This document shows positions 1 to 51,314 of a stretch of 64,000 bases of DNA, in pieces. Position numbers and translations under genes: made by a program. The notes below the pieces were generated by a model. That model did not search any database and was not told the DNA's origin. It was given only the letters and a program-made list of their open reading frames with translations. Position 1 is the first letter of the stretch, and every line of letters starts with the position of its first letter. This DNA comes from Tubiluchus corallicola (taxonomy: Eukaryota; Animalia; Priapulida), in assembly GCA_030141605.1 (NCBI GenBank), contig JAQGDQ010000004.1, positions 124,001 to 188,000 of the forward strand, read 5' to 3'.

Positions 1-55
1 TTGTACATTGTACAAAAGGGAGGGAACAGAAATAAAGAGAGATAGAGTGAGAGAC

Positions 56-179
<124 letters not shown>

Positions 180-2296
180 ATGGAGAGAGAAAAGGACATA
201 GAAAGATAGGGAGGATGGAGAAGGAGAAGCGAGGAGGGAAAGAGAGAGAGAGAGGGGGGGCGAAGCGAGGAGGAAAGATGTATTTTATATTAAATTTGAT
301 AAAGACAGTCCTAAGCCTGTTTAAATAAAGCTCTCAGTATTGATTACAGCGTAGAGAAAAGACCCATTAGATTTCATTCTAATCCGAGTGAAAAGAGTGA
401 AAATGTGGTGAATGGTGACTACAGACAGATGAGCTGATTACCGTCATTGAGTAGGAAACGAGTTTTCTAACAGAAGCCTAATTTTCTGACACATTTCATG
501 TCGTAAGCCACGTTAACCTTGTGTTCACACAATCTTTTCTGCGTCGCACTTTAAATCTGTATAATCGTACTGTCACAACGGCTGAGGTAATTAAATAAAA
601 GTTAGTTCATTTAAATAAAATATCATAACTGATATAACCTACAACTGATAAAGTTATTTACCAACAGTAAGTATTTTGAATAGTAAAAATTCAGTTAATT
701 GGGTTCTTGGAATCTGCTGAACTGGTGTTATTCGTTAATCTGGTGAACGAATTGCCCCTTCCAAAAGACCAAATATACGCTGCGAAATTAGACGATCTGG
801 ATTAGAATGTCGTGTTTAGCAAATTCTGAAACGCCACCAAATAATTAAAAAACAAAATTAATTGTTGTCTGCCTACATGCCTAAATGTAGACTGCATTAC
901 GTTGCACTGGGAACAATATTCATTCCTAACAAATTTAAAACATATTTTGTTTTCGTTTTCAAATTGTTTTTGTTATGTCACCACCATATCCTGCGAAAAA
1001 CATTGTGCTTCCGCGTTAGAACTCAGAAACTTGGAGCTCAGCCTGCTCCTCTTTTTTGCTGCCTACCCTATTCACACAGTCTCGCGTTTACAAATGATTA
1101 ATTTTTGCCGTAAGCGACTGATACTAAAGATTGACAGTATGACAGCATGGGACAACTATGAAACAGGCATTTTTAAGCCGAGGAAGGCAACAGAGCTTTT
1201 AGTACGTTTTATCGAGAAAGGATAAAAGTGAAACACTTTCATGTATAACAGTCTGTATTCTAATTAGATCGTCAGCTTCGTAAATACCAGAGTTTTAATT
1301 GTTTGCACATAGTGAAATGACAGAGTTATTTCAATATGTGCAAGCAAACTGCCTTCATTAATCATGCAGAGAGACATTCCTTTTCATTACAGTTTTCACA
1401 TTTCCTCTCCGTCAGTTTGCATTTGTTAATTAACTTCACCTAATCATTATAACTGCACTTGGATTATGTTACCACAGATGTATCTCGCACTATAGACTTC
1501 AGAAAGCGAGCTAAACGTTATTAAATTCATCTAATCTATGATTGAAATTAGCGTTTTCAGCCAGAACTTCGCAATAATTTTGATAACCACAGATTTTCTT
1601 GAGTTCTAATTTTCTTGAATGTTTTGCAGAAAGATGCATACGTTTTTGATTTGCATAATGTAAGCAGCAGCCACAATTGCTGCATGACCTTTATAAAGCT
1701 TGTTAGTTCGATTTCTGTTTCGGATCAGTCTGGAATGATGAATTCATCACTCAGTATAGATGTGCACGACCGTTCTGGATTATTGAATCATTTGAAAGTC
1801 AACATAACAATCATGAAAGCACTATGGTAACAATTTAGAGAATATAAAGACAAGATCAAATTCTGTTATACACTGTAGGCCTATTATCACGTATCTATTA
1901 GTTTGAAAGCTGAAAACGCCTCAAACCTTGTTTTAGTACTTTAATGACGCCCGGATATAATAAATCTTCATTCATCCGTTTAATTGTTCAATGTCAGCAT
2001 CGCATCAAGATTTTATGTGTTTACTGAATAAAGAAAAATTTTGGATGATTTATGAATCTTCTGAGCGTGTTTTGCATTATTGGTAAGTTAGCAAAACGAG
2101 TAGAAGCAGAAGTAATTATCTTCCCTTGGGGTTTTTATACTACGTGATATAGCTATGGACGCAAAGTTAGTATATTTGCTATGTGACAGAAGACAGCAAG
2201 ATAGATATTTTAATTATTTAAAGAAGATGTTTTGACGATCCCGATGATTACTCCTGATGATGACCACTCTGTTGTCTGTCATTCAGTTAATTGCCA

Positions 2297-2412
2297 ATCA
2301 GTCAGTCGGTCGGTCGGTCGGTCGGTCGGTCGGTCGGTCGGTCAGTCAGTCAGTCAGTCAGTCAGTCAGTCAGTCAGTCAGTCAGTCAGTCAGTCAATCA
2401 ATCAATCTATCT

Positions 2413-2468
<56 letters not shown>

Positions 2469-2665
2469 GTCGGTCAATCAATCAACCAGTCATCAGTCAA
2501 TCAGTCAGTCAGTTACTTAGCCCGTCCGTCCGTCCATCAGTCAGTCAGTTACTTAGCCAGTCCGTCCGTCAGTCAGTCAGTTAGTCAGTCATTCAGTCAG
2601 TTGGTTCATTTTTCGATCAGTCAGTCAGTCAGGCAGGCAGGCAATTGGTCAGTCAGCCAGTCAGT
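2297..2665. repeat. Compound tetranucleotide microsatellite (GTCG)n(GTCA)n(ATCA)n
   Basis: Direct reading; explains three overlapping low-complexity ORFs. Confidence 0.97.
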
Positions 2666-3765
2666 TGGTTAATTTTTCGGCCAATACACCGGGTTCATCA
2701 ATTGGTCTATCCATCAAATAATCTTTAATCAATTAATCATTTAACCAATCAACCAATCAAAAAATCGGTCACTCAATAAACTACCACCTAGTGAAACGAG
2801 TAAAGAAGCAAGATACTAAGTAAAGAAATCACAAACAAGAAAATAAATAATTATATAGATTAAGTGTATCATCCGATAAGAAGGTGCTATAGTATGCCCA
2901 GTACATGTAGCATGCATCGTTTGCGCTGTAAATTAAGTGTTTTAAATTTTACCAAGACACCTTTTATAATTAGTTTCATCTCCCTAGGATACCGTTGCAC
3001 ACCAGAATCGAGTTTGTAAATGATGTTATTATTGTGGCTCTGAAAATATTTTTCAGAATTTACAGAAACGTATTTCGCAAGTTAAACAAACCTGATAATA
3101 ACATTTGCCTCCAGCAGAAGATTGCATTCCTTTTCACATAGTGTTTACAGTTAGTGTTGACAATAATCAAGCCAACAAGTGGAAAAAACAAATAGGAAAA
3201 AGATCTGGCTGTACACCGATGATTAGAATTTGCAGGTTTTAGTGCTTCATTTCATTGTAGTTTTATGGCGTGAAAGTGGCGCTAAAAAGTACGAAAAAGT
3301 CACAAGAAAAAAGAGACAGAAACAGAACTCTTTAAGGAGATGACAGCTAAAAACAAAGGGTATGATTCGTTTATCAGAAAGCTATGCATAGTGTACCTTT
3401 GCACTTTACAGGGAGCGAAAGTTTATGAAAAATAACAAGCAGCATTTCGAAACAAAAATTTCTCGTTTGTGGAAACGGTGAGCATAGAAACTGCGCACCA
3501 CTCGTCAGTCGACTAGTGATTGTGTTCGATGTGTGTCGAAGCCGGGTTTCACTTTCTCAGCATCTTAAAACAAAAGAGTGGCTTCAGTACAAAGAGTTAC
3601 AGCTAACCTGATCCTTTGTTCCCAGAAGACTTCTCTAAAACCAACAAAATTACAATTACAAGCGTAAGCCTCCGAGTTACAGCAAGATAATAGGACGTCA
3701 CAGACAGACAGTTAATCAGCCTGACGAAAATAAACAATAAACGGAAGCAGCTAAATTGCTCAACA

Positions 3766-4110
3766 GCGTCTAAGACTGTAACTATTTATTTCATTTTCAA
3801 AAAAGTCCGTCCTTTTTTACCTTTCAGCTTTTATATTTTAACAAAAAGCAATAAGTATTCACAATTGCTCACTTATTCACGCGCAATTGTTTTTCATTAA
3901 AACAAGACAAAACCGATCAGTCTCAAAATAGAACGAATGCTGCGTCTAAGACTGTAACTATTTATTTCATTCTCAAAAAAGTCTGTCATTTTTTACCTTT
4001 CAGATTTATATTTTAGCAATAAGCAATACGTATTCACAATTATGCACCTATTCTCTTGCAAATGTTTTTCATTATAAACAAGGCAAAACTGATCGATCTC
4101 GAAGTAGAAC
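3766..4110. repeat. Diverged tandem duplication, period 176 bp
   Basis: GCGTCTAAGACTGTAACTATTTATTTCATT starts at both 3766 and 3942; both units end in TAGAAC. Confidence 0.9.
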
Positions 4111-5589
4111 TCAGAACACCTTGTATCGTCAACAGATGGGTTAAAAGGGCTGCAAAACTGAACACATTTTATTTTGTTTGCTCAAGAACTGTTTTGTATT
4201 CTTCTTGTAACCAGTGCAGCTGTTTCAAATACTGATTAGAACCCGTATTTGATCCGGAAGACAAACTCCTGAGTAATAGTTAATGCTGTGCTAATGAAAT
4301 CTCGCAATTAAAAGTCTCACTTTCCCATTTCCTGTTTTCTAAATGTCATTTCGGTAACGCTGTAAGAAAAAATGGTCGGTAAAGGTGTAAGTTTTATCTC
4401 TGGCAATCAGAAAAATACTCTTTAGCCTTTACCAAAAGATTAAGATAACAGCATTACTAAATCACATTCAAAATATAGGCAAATGAAAGTATAAGTAATG
4501 CATGAATTTACTACAAATAAATATACCAACACGTAATAATATGATACAAAAATAAAGACATAAAACAGTGTGCAAAATGCAAAAATTATAAAGCAATCTG
4601 ACCTCAGTCTGTCATTAGTTTGGCCCATGACATGTTTTTTTCGATACTTATTCGATGTATTTGTTGAAGACATCGCATTCACGTGGAAAAGGGTTGCATG
4701 TACTGACTTTCTAACTGCTTATTAGAGTTCAAGGTTAGTTGTTAATGCAACGGGTTTTAACTTAAAATTGTGCACTTTCTACATTAAAAATACTTGACAC
4801 TTCAACTCCATGCAAGATAGCTTGCTAAAAACAACATGCTATACAAAACTTTATCCCAGCCCTTTTTAAAATGTTAAGTACCGAACAACTTCTGCTTTGC
4901 CGTTAAAACTAAGAGGTCGCGACAAAGACCGTCATCATTGACCTTCATTCAGTCTGCGTAACCTACATCAGTCTCCCTCCCTTAATACTGATGACACTGG
5001 GGGGATTTAACACAAATTCGGGTTACGCCGATTATTCATTGTTTCGTCTTTATTAAATGCGCACAGTTGACGGGCAATCGAATTAAATTTCGATTTATAG
5101 ATTGCACTGCCTCTAGAAGCTCTATCTCTCTCGTTATTCAAGTCAGTACTTGATACTGTGTTAATCGTACTTTGTCTATAAGAGCTTAAATAGTAATTGA
5201 CTTGAAATGTTTGAATAGTTGCGGTCGAGGCATATAAATCGATTGAACAACTTCTAAGAGGCCACTAGATTCGTGCCTTATAATTTCGAATCCAGTCGAG
5301 ATTTAGACCTGCCATCGGAGTACAGGTCCAATACATTTGCAAAGGTCAAAAGCTTTAGCTATTAAAAATTATAAATTTCGTGATACAAATAAATTAATGT
5401 GTTGATACAAACATACTTTTTGAGTCGATTAGCCGGTCATTTGGTCGGTCAGTCAGTTTGTTTCTCAGTCATTCAGTCAACAAGTGTGTCAATCGGTTCC
5501 TCAGTCTTAGCAGACAACGGGCGGGTCAACCAATAAATTTGCCACTATTTAACTAAGCACGTAAATCAGTAAGAAAATAAGTATTGGTA

Positions 5590-5955
5590 TAAGTAGGTAA
5601 GAAGGTGCTAGGTAGGTAGGTAGGTAGGACTGTAGGTGGGTAAGTATGTATGTATGTATGTATGTATGTATGTATGTATGTATGTATGTATGTATGTATG
5701 TAGGTAGGTAGGTAGGTAGGTAGGTAGGTAGGTAGGTAGGTAGGTAGGTAGGTAGGTAGGTAAGTAGGTGAGTAGGTAGGTAGGTCAGTAGATAGGTAGG
5801 TAGGTAGGTAGATAGGTAAATAGGTAAGTAGGTAGGTAGGTAAGTAGGTAAGTAGGTGAGTAGGTAGATAGGTAGGTGGGTAGGTAGGTAGGTAGGTAAG
5901 TAGGTAAGTAGGTGAGTAGGTTGGTAGGTAGATAGGTATGTAAGTAGGTAGATAG
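5590..5955. repeat. Compound (TATG)n(TAGG)n microsatellite
   Basis: Direct reading. Confidence 0.97.
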
Positions 5956-7748
5956 TACGGAAGGAGGGAGGGAGAAGTAAGTCAGTAAGTATTATGGTAA
6001 ATAAATAACAGGTATGTAAGTAGATAAATAAGTAAGCTACAATAATGAGTAAGTAGACAGGTAAATAGGTAAGTTACCTGCTGCACGACCTGCTGCAACA
6101 TGTTAACTTAAACGAGGAAAGCAGGTGGGCACCATCTACTAATCACTCTAACCATGGCTGGAATTACAACTAGGACTTGAATAGAAAGTCAAGGCCTGCA
6201 GTAAAACTTATTCGCAGTAATTCACTTGAATACAACATGATGGTGATGATTTAGTAAGTCAAATCTTAAGTTAGTAATTACTGGGCAGCACATCTGGTGA
6301 TTGGCTTGATATGTGACCGACGTACCAACTATAGCTTAATTTGTAACAAATTTCTTTTTTGAAAAGAATCTCAGAATATAGACATGGAATAGACTGCAGA
6401 TCCAATTTTTAATGGCTGGGTTACGGGCGTCGGAACGCTTTACATTTAACCAGTTGTTATAATACCGATACAATGTCAATAACCAATGAATATGGTAATT
6501 AAGATGATAAAATAACTCTTAGGGTCTTGGATGTCACGAACTTGATAATTGTGTTATTGTCTCTTTGTGTAATTGATTAAGTTCGATGAAATTTAATGAA
6601 TGATGTTTGCAGTCAACATCTGAAACAGGCTTTGAAGGAATTAAGAGCATTAACTGCGCAGTGAATAATGATCAGCCAATAATGATTCAGATTCAAACCA
6701 AGCAGAACTACTGAATTTATTCTGCTAACAAAAGTCAATGATTTATTGGGACAAAAAGTTTCCTGGATATCCACGGGCAAGCCCTAATCAGAATTCATTT
6801 TGCTTAATACTTATTATAGTTATACTGCAAGGCAGTGCTAGTTATACCGTAAGTTCTTTATTCTGCTCTATGTGTAAAATACATTCTAAACGATTTTGGA
6901 TTATTTTGCGCATTGTGCTTGGTGAAATGAGGCCTGAGGGTGAATCCCCTTCGGGGTGTAATTTTTGGTTTAAGCATGTTTGATGCTTTTCAATATCACG
7001 CGAAAGCAATAAATAACGCAAATTGAGTTTTTTCGTTTAAAAGCATTATGGGAAGGTAAACTATGGTAAAGAATATGAAATGTGTTTTAAAGCTTGAAAG
7101 CCTGCGATGAAGCTAAGTGAACTGTAACGGTTTGCTCGACGGCATTAATATTTTAAAGATAGCAGATGAAAAACAACGTGCAACTCAAATGTATAACAAC
7201 ATCTATAGCACTCTCACAGATATATGCTGTGGGCACCCTTTGTGAGCCTGATGATATTTTGAGCAATTGTCTTTGAACGTAACAGCAAGATACTTTGACC
7301 GAATCTGCCAATTTGACACTTGTGAAAAAGGACGTCTTATCTCTTGTTAAGATAGGCCGTTTTTAAATTGGTTGGAGAATGTGTTTGGCGCACGCGCAGT
7401 AGCGGGAAGCTTGATCGAAATGGCATTTACAGACTTATTTTATTATATGGACGGCTGTCAACATTCTTCGAGCTTTGATTCATCATCATAGATGCGAATT
7501 TGCAAAATCGCTGGAACTTATCTAAGTCAATGGTTGAGGTGGTTTATACAACATTCCTGTTTAAAAAACAGAGCAATGTTTAAAATGTTTTGTTCTGTCT
7601 TACAATTTTTGTAAAGTAGAAATGATCAAAATAATGTAGGACTGATGTAAGACGTAATTTGGACGTTTAATAATTTCCAAATTAACAAAAATACAAGAAT
7701 TAACCAAAACCATATGTAAATATTTTTTGAAGTGAACAAAACCGAAAA

Positions 7749-7790
7749 ATGAAGAAACCAGGAATTTTGATGAGCGACGTAACGAGCTAA
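7749..7790 (+). promoter_or_regulatory. Upstream ORF (13 aa, MKKPGILMSDVTS*) ending 1 nt before the inferred GPCR start codon
   Basis: ATG at 7749, TAA at 7788-7790, one A, then ATG at 7792 in a different frame. Confidence 0.45.
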
Positions 7791-7791
7791 A

Positions 7792-45723
<37,932 letters not shown>

Positions 45724-46389
45724 TAACGTTTTGTTACACAAATAAAAAACAGTTCCACCAACAAACCGTTATCTGACAAACTGTTTGGGGCAGCAAATCC
45801 CACCAGAAATGGGGCTAAAAACGCAGGCGTTAGTATTTTAGTTATTTGCAAATAGCTTGATATTAAACTCCTTGAGCGGGACAGTTAACTTGTTCGAGCT
45901 TCTTTTGAACATATAGGTCCAGCGCGCGTTTCTTGCTCAACTAGTCAATTGGTGACATTGCTAAATATAATTTCACCCCCCACATCCGCGAGGTCCCAGC
46001 TACATACTACACAGTATACAGAACACAGCTTAAATTTCTGATATGAAGTTAATTCAAAATAAAATGCAGAATCTTGTGATAAAGTTTTAATACAACATTT
46101 AACAAGGCAATAAATTGTACCAGAAGAGGGGCACCAGCTGACAATGTTTCAGTTTTCTAGCCAGTGATGGTGCCACATTAATTGCAAAATTAATCACGCC
46201 AACCTGTTCATAAATATTTGTGACCTATCTTCCTAACATGACCGAATTTGCAGATAGTGAAGCCTTTTAGATGCTGAAACATCAGCAATTTGTAATTATA
46301 TGTCATAGCTGTCACAGGTCTGATAATAGCGTACATACGGCATGTGTCTAGTGCTTGCTAAACTATATGTACATATATATGGATACGTT

Positions 46390-46760
46390 TTATTAATAAA
46401 AAAAATTCCACAGTTAAAACAAGGAAAAGGGCATGACGTTTCGAACCACTGCTGTAGTTTATCATAAGGTCAAAAACAGAACTCTTTCTCTCTCTCTCAG
46501 CTCCTGAGATTGCAGTCGGTGATTGGGTTTTCCCTTCTATTGTGTTGTGCCTCTGGGATTTTGTGTGATTGTATCCTTGTTGAATTGCAGTATTTTATGT
46601 ATAAATAAAGTTGTTATTTTTCTTCTTTCTTTCTTTGGAACGGTTTGAAACGTCGCGCGTTTTCTTTGTTTCAGTTGTGTGTTTTTTAATTTGTCGCTGT
46701 TCTTGTTATTAAGAATTAAATTTGCGTTGTCGGTGCGCTTGCTTGTTTTTAAAGAAATCA
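46390..46760 (-). mobile_element. Probable Penelope-like element 3' remnant with a degenerate hammerhead motif
   Basis: Minus strand: peptide ERRKITTLFIHK...NPRG resembling a GIY-YIG C-terminus, then GAC-CTTATGA-T-AAACTAC-AGCA-GTGGTT-CGAAACGTC, then AATAAA. Confidence 0.45.
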
Positions 46761-46872
46761 TTTAAGTGCTTAAACATAATGCCTACAATAGACGTACCTG
46801 GTATAACTACATAAACTTAGTGAGTACAAAGAAATAACGACTATCATAAACTTTACTAAGCTTGCGTTCTAG

Positions 46873-47515
46873 TGATACACCAAAGCGTCCATCTATCCGC
46901 TTCATTTACTGGCTTCCAGTATCTAGCGTTCACTGGGTAATAAGTCAAAATCAAAATATCCGTTCTCTATGTTTTTCGCAGAAAAACAAAATGGGTGACA
47001 TTTATTTAATCAATGCTTTCTCTTTTTTGCGTTATTTATTTGTATAGTAATTCGCAGACCCATTCATCATTGGCTGGTTGCGGAACTGACGCTGGACGCC
47101 AGATTATTAAAAATATGAAAAGCTTCCAGCATCCCCTTCCAAATCTTTGATTTCATCACCCATTAAAGCCTATGATATATCTAAGCGTTCAGGGTCTGGC
47201 GTCCTCGTCCGGCGTCTGCGAGCGAGAAAGAATGTATAATTGTCACTGGGTGATGAAACCAAAGGATGCTAGAAGCTTTCCCTATTTTTGAGCGCTTGGC
47301 GTGCAGTGTCAGTTCCTCAACCAGTCAATGACGACTAGGCTGCGAATTATTATGCGAATAAATAATGTCGAAAAAAGAAGGTATTGAAAAATAAATTTGA
47401 TATCGTCCATTTTGTCCTTCTCCGAAAAACATACAGACTCTTTGATGTTAATTGTTTGTTGTGAACGCTAGCGGCTGGAAGCCAGCAGCCAGGCGCTGCA
47501 CGTTTTGGTGTATCA
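46873..47515. mobile_element. Long palindromic (foldback) MITE
   Basis: Arm 46873-47162 (TGATACACCAAAGCGT...TTTCATCACCCA) is the diverged reverse complement of arm 47247-47515 (TGGGTGATGAAA...ACGTTTTGGTGTATCA); the ORF track gives similar peptides from opposite strands (46862+ and 47350-). Confidence 0.85.
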
Positions 47516-49678
47516 GACAGAAAATGTTTCAATGTGCTTTTACATATTCATCTGTGTTTTTAAGTCACGTAATCACAAAACCTGTTCTCCAATTAAAAAG
47601 TATAATTGTCGCCATAGACATTTTCATTTCAACATAGTATTGGCGGTGGTGTTCTGATATTTATCTTGGTTTTTAAAGCATGTTTTCTTTGTCGCAAGAT
47701 GAAGGCTCAGTTAAAAACACTCGAGTGTAAACTGAAGTAAAGCTGCTTTTCTCAAAACAAGAATTAAGAAAAGTGACATTGGAATACAGACTCTTTAAGT
47801 TTAACAGCAGCTAAAGAAGTTGATGGATCAGTCTGTCAGCTGATTTAATTGATACGCTTAATTTCCTCTTTGATCTTATTGCAGTTCGATTTTAACTCAT
47901 TAGATAAACCAATTAATTGCTATTAATCCGCATTTGGAAGTATGTGTAGTCTCGTGTACAAATTTTGTCTTATATTTTCTCATTGCATGTTTTTTAATGT
48001 TTTGCCATCTGTAGCACTAACCTCTTTTGACGATCCTGGTTAATTAAATGTTACATGTATCGATAATCTTATTCTTATGTCATCCCACATTACCACCTTT
48101 GACGCTTGAACTCATCTTATAAGAAATTAACGCCGTCTGACAATTAAGTTAAAACGTAAACGCTTCGGGTTGTAACTATTTATGTAAATTATTAATGTGC
48201 ATAGTAGAGTAAATAATTTTAATGTGTAATATATAAAATACTGGAATGTATTAATGAAAATTATCAAACGAATACATCTCAATCACTAAGTTTTGAATGT
48301 TCATTTGCTTTTTATTTGTTTGTGATGTTGCAAGGTTCGTTTAGCTTTTGTAAAAATCTCTTACGGCTATTGTACTTCTGGATGTCAATGATGCAGTATT
48401 AAATATTAAATTTTGACAATGCACTACAACAATGAAATTGAAACAATATCATAAGTTACACTCCAGAATTTGACGACTTGTTACCACCTTGGGTGCAAAA
48501 CTGCAATGTTCTAAAGGAATCCTAAACGAGTGACACTGCAGAAGCCTGCATGCACTTCCCTTGGAAAAAGGCATTCAGTACAATATTCTTTATTTAGGCC
48601 ATGCAAATGATTGATATTCCAGTGCAGTTAAAGGTTAATAATCGTGAGCTTTGCATATGGTGCATAAATAATTACAGTACACTTTTAAAGCTTTTTCTTA
48701 CGTGGCACTGGTAATAAAGCTGAACACATGCATTTACATGTGTTTCATGCAGAAGTAAAATTTCTTAGCTTTTGGACGGTTTTCAAAAACCTCGAAAATG
48801 TAAATGAAGCACCAGCTTTTTGACCCGACATAGAGGAATGATGCTAGCTAGCCTTTGCCAGCCCAGATTAAATGTTGTTTCTCCGAGGCTCACTATTTAA
48901 TATTTCTACAATTCAATGCTTTTACTTTGAGACTTGCATCCAGCGATGTTTACTTTATATTAATACAATCTATATAATACCTTCCATCAACATATACAGC
49001 TGGAGGAAATAAGCAACAATTTTCTCAGCCATCATTCATCCAATTAATAACCAGATTCAGCAGCATCTTACTACCATAGCCAAACACACACCTCAGCTAT
49101 TTTATTTTCAGTGCAACACAATGGTAATAAGCGATCAAATTGTTGTGTCTAATTAATTAATTCATTGCCAGAAGTATAACAAGATTACAAGTTCAAACAA
49201 AGAACACATCCAGTTCTCAAAATGTAAAAAGAATCTTAATTATGCCTACACTTATTTAGCCCATATACATATTGCACATTATTATTAAAATTGGACACTA
49301 TAGTTCTACAAGTACTTTTAAAATATTAAACTAACAACAAGGAATATAAAAGTTGTGCAAAAAAAATAAAATGCACTATTTTTAATATTTTTATAAAATA
49401 AATATGATGCACGACTTCTTAATTACAGTTTTGGCAGTGTAAGCCTATAAAATCAGTCACAAACATCATTTAAATTTAGTTACTGGTGTCAATAAGCACC
49501 AAACAAGGAAATGTTAGAACTTCATTAAAAATGTTTAAACTGCCCCGACTTGACGTCTTTTGTGTGACTGTGCCCAAAAATTATGAACATATGTACAAAT
49601 GTAGTTGAAAGAAACAACTGGCTGAATTTAAAAAGGTTTTAGCTAGTAATTAATACTTAAATAAATACTTAGATAAAA

Positions 49679-49753
49679 CTATGTTCCAAGAAGCCATAGA
49701 CACAAACAGGCTATTCCTGTGACAATGCTGCAATGAACAGAAGAGGCAGCAAG
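49679..49753 (-). CDS. Ly6/Coiled-like exon 4 (GPI-anchor signal)
   Basis: tttttcag|LAASSVHCSIVTGIACLCLWLLGT*; small residues followed by a hydrophobic tail. Confidence 0.85.
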   Translation of the reverse strand, partial: LAASSVHCSIVTGIACLCLWLLGT

Positions 49754-51203
49754 CTGAAAAAACACAAAATTTTAAGTCTTATTATTTTTTTGTTATATCG
49801 GCAGAATTTGTTTGATTGTATCAGCACAAGACATTGTAATTATACCAAATTAGTATTATTACTCACCTACATAACAAATGTCATCTTATCTATCACTGTT
49901 GCATTGTTTTTATAATAGGAAAGTGCAGGCCAGCTATAATGCTAATTCATAAAATACTATAGTACGAATTATAAAAACTTGGTTATAAAATTTTTTGCTT
50001 GTTTTCACATAGATATTATGCTGTGTAATCTGTTACAGATAAACAGATGCCTGTAACTTCAAAAACGCTGTTTTAATAGCAAGACAGAGAGACAGTTATA
50101 AAGATTTTTAATTTATATTTTAATTTGCTTTTTATAATGTGGCATTATACAGTACTTACAGTCACATAGTAATTGCATAGATCCCCACTACAGCATTCCA
50201 TACATTCCCAGTTACCCCACCAGTTGCGCTGACAGTTGGGTAGTGTTCTCTTTAATTCATTATCACATACAGCAGTTGTGGCACAACCTTTACTAATGTA
50301 ATATTGTCTTTCCGTATAGCTTAACCACTCTGGTACCACTGAAATGAAGTGTTAAACATTAAAATGAAAATACATTAAAGTTGAGGTCTATGGCTTTTAT
50401 GGTGTTTTTTTTAAATTTTATAGGCAAAAGAACTAGAAATTTAGAATGGTTCAAAGAAAAAAATTACAGGACCATAAGATGCAAATCTATCGATTTCAAC
50501 ACTATTAGTTAAGTAATTTTTTGTTAATTATAAGCCAGAAAGTGAGTTTAAGAACTAGCCAGTGGTGTTATGCTACGGGAACAGCATTACCTGGTGAGTG
50601 ACTAGATGACTTACAGTCTTTCCTCACCCTATTTCCTTGTATAAAGAAAGTTTTTTGTAAAATGGAATTTGTACACATTATTGGAGAAAATAAACGTCTA
50701 TGCCTATATCTATGTCACTTAAAATGTTTCATTTTTGTTTGTGTCTTTCTAGTACATTCTTGGATTTAATTAGCATAAACTTACATCCCCAGCTGACGTA
50801 ACTGATGCACTTCTGTTCATCTGGATCACATGTTCGCACAGTTTTAATGCACTTGTCAAAGTTATTACTCTGCCGATTACAAGTGAAGCATTCCAGTGCG
50901 GAAACTGTCAAAAAAGTACTCGTTAGTTTTATTAATTAAATCACTACAGCAAACCATTTAACCCTACAAGCTCAGTTCAATACTCAGCAGCATGGCAAAT
51001 CTCATCATTATTACAAGCTTGAAAAAATACAAATATGCTGATTTTTACAATGAAGACAAATCTGTTACAACATGCTAGCCAAAAAGCTTGTCAAATGTTA
51101 TATAAATTACGTTAGCCAAGCTTACGTATACTATCATACCTGCATGTAATAAAACACAGACAAGAACAGCAGGATAAACTAACATGATTACAACGTCCAC
51201 CAT
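49679..51203 (-). CDS. cold: Ly6/uPAR three-finger GPI-anchored protein, Coiled-like; 4 exons, 145 aa
   Basis: Exons 51140-51203, 50785-50904, 50160-50338 and 49679-49753 total 438 nt in frame, all GT-AG. Signal peptide, LU domain LECFTC...KCIKTVRTC...SWG...QYYISKGC...WECMECCSGDLCNYYVT, hydrophobic GPI tail. Matches my recollection of Drosophila Coiled motifs (LECYVC, KCLNTIKTC, RWG, QYYVSKRC, ECCKGDRCNYF). Confidence 0.85.
50160..50338 (-). CDS. Ly6/Coiled-like exon 3
   Basis: tttcag|(L)VPEWLSYTERQYYISKGC...CCSGDLCNYYVT|gtaagt; contains the CCxxDxCN Ly6 signature. Confidence 0.93.
50785..50904 (-). CDS. Ly6/Coiled-like exon 2
   Basis: gacag|(V)SALECFTCNRQSNNFDKCIKTVRTCDPDEQKCISYVSWG-T|gtaagt. 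Confidence 0.93.
51140..51203 (-). CDS. Ly6/Coiled-like exon 1 (signal peptide)
   Basis: MVDVVIMLVYPAVLVCVLLHA-G|gtatga; phase 1 matches the next exon. Confidence 0.82.
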
Positions 51204-51314
51204 TTTGAATAATACATGTGCCGTGGTGTATGTATCTTCAATAAATTCGGTTAATCTTGCTTTAACATTAGCAACAGGTGTGATTGGTAATCAACGAAGC
51301 ATAAATGTTGAGGC

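Noticed and set aside
2232-2672. Three overlapping SVSQ/SINQ ORFs
   Set aside because: A stop-free tetranucleotide microsatellite read in all three frames.
46862-47532. Two similar small ORFs on opposite strands as a toxin/antitoxin-like or duplicated gene pair
   Set aside because: The similarity comes from the inverted-repeat arms; the frames are not conserved between the arms.
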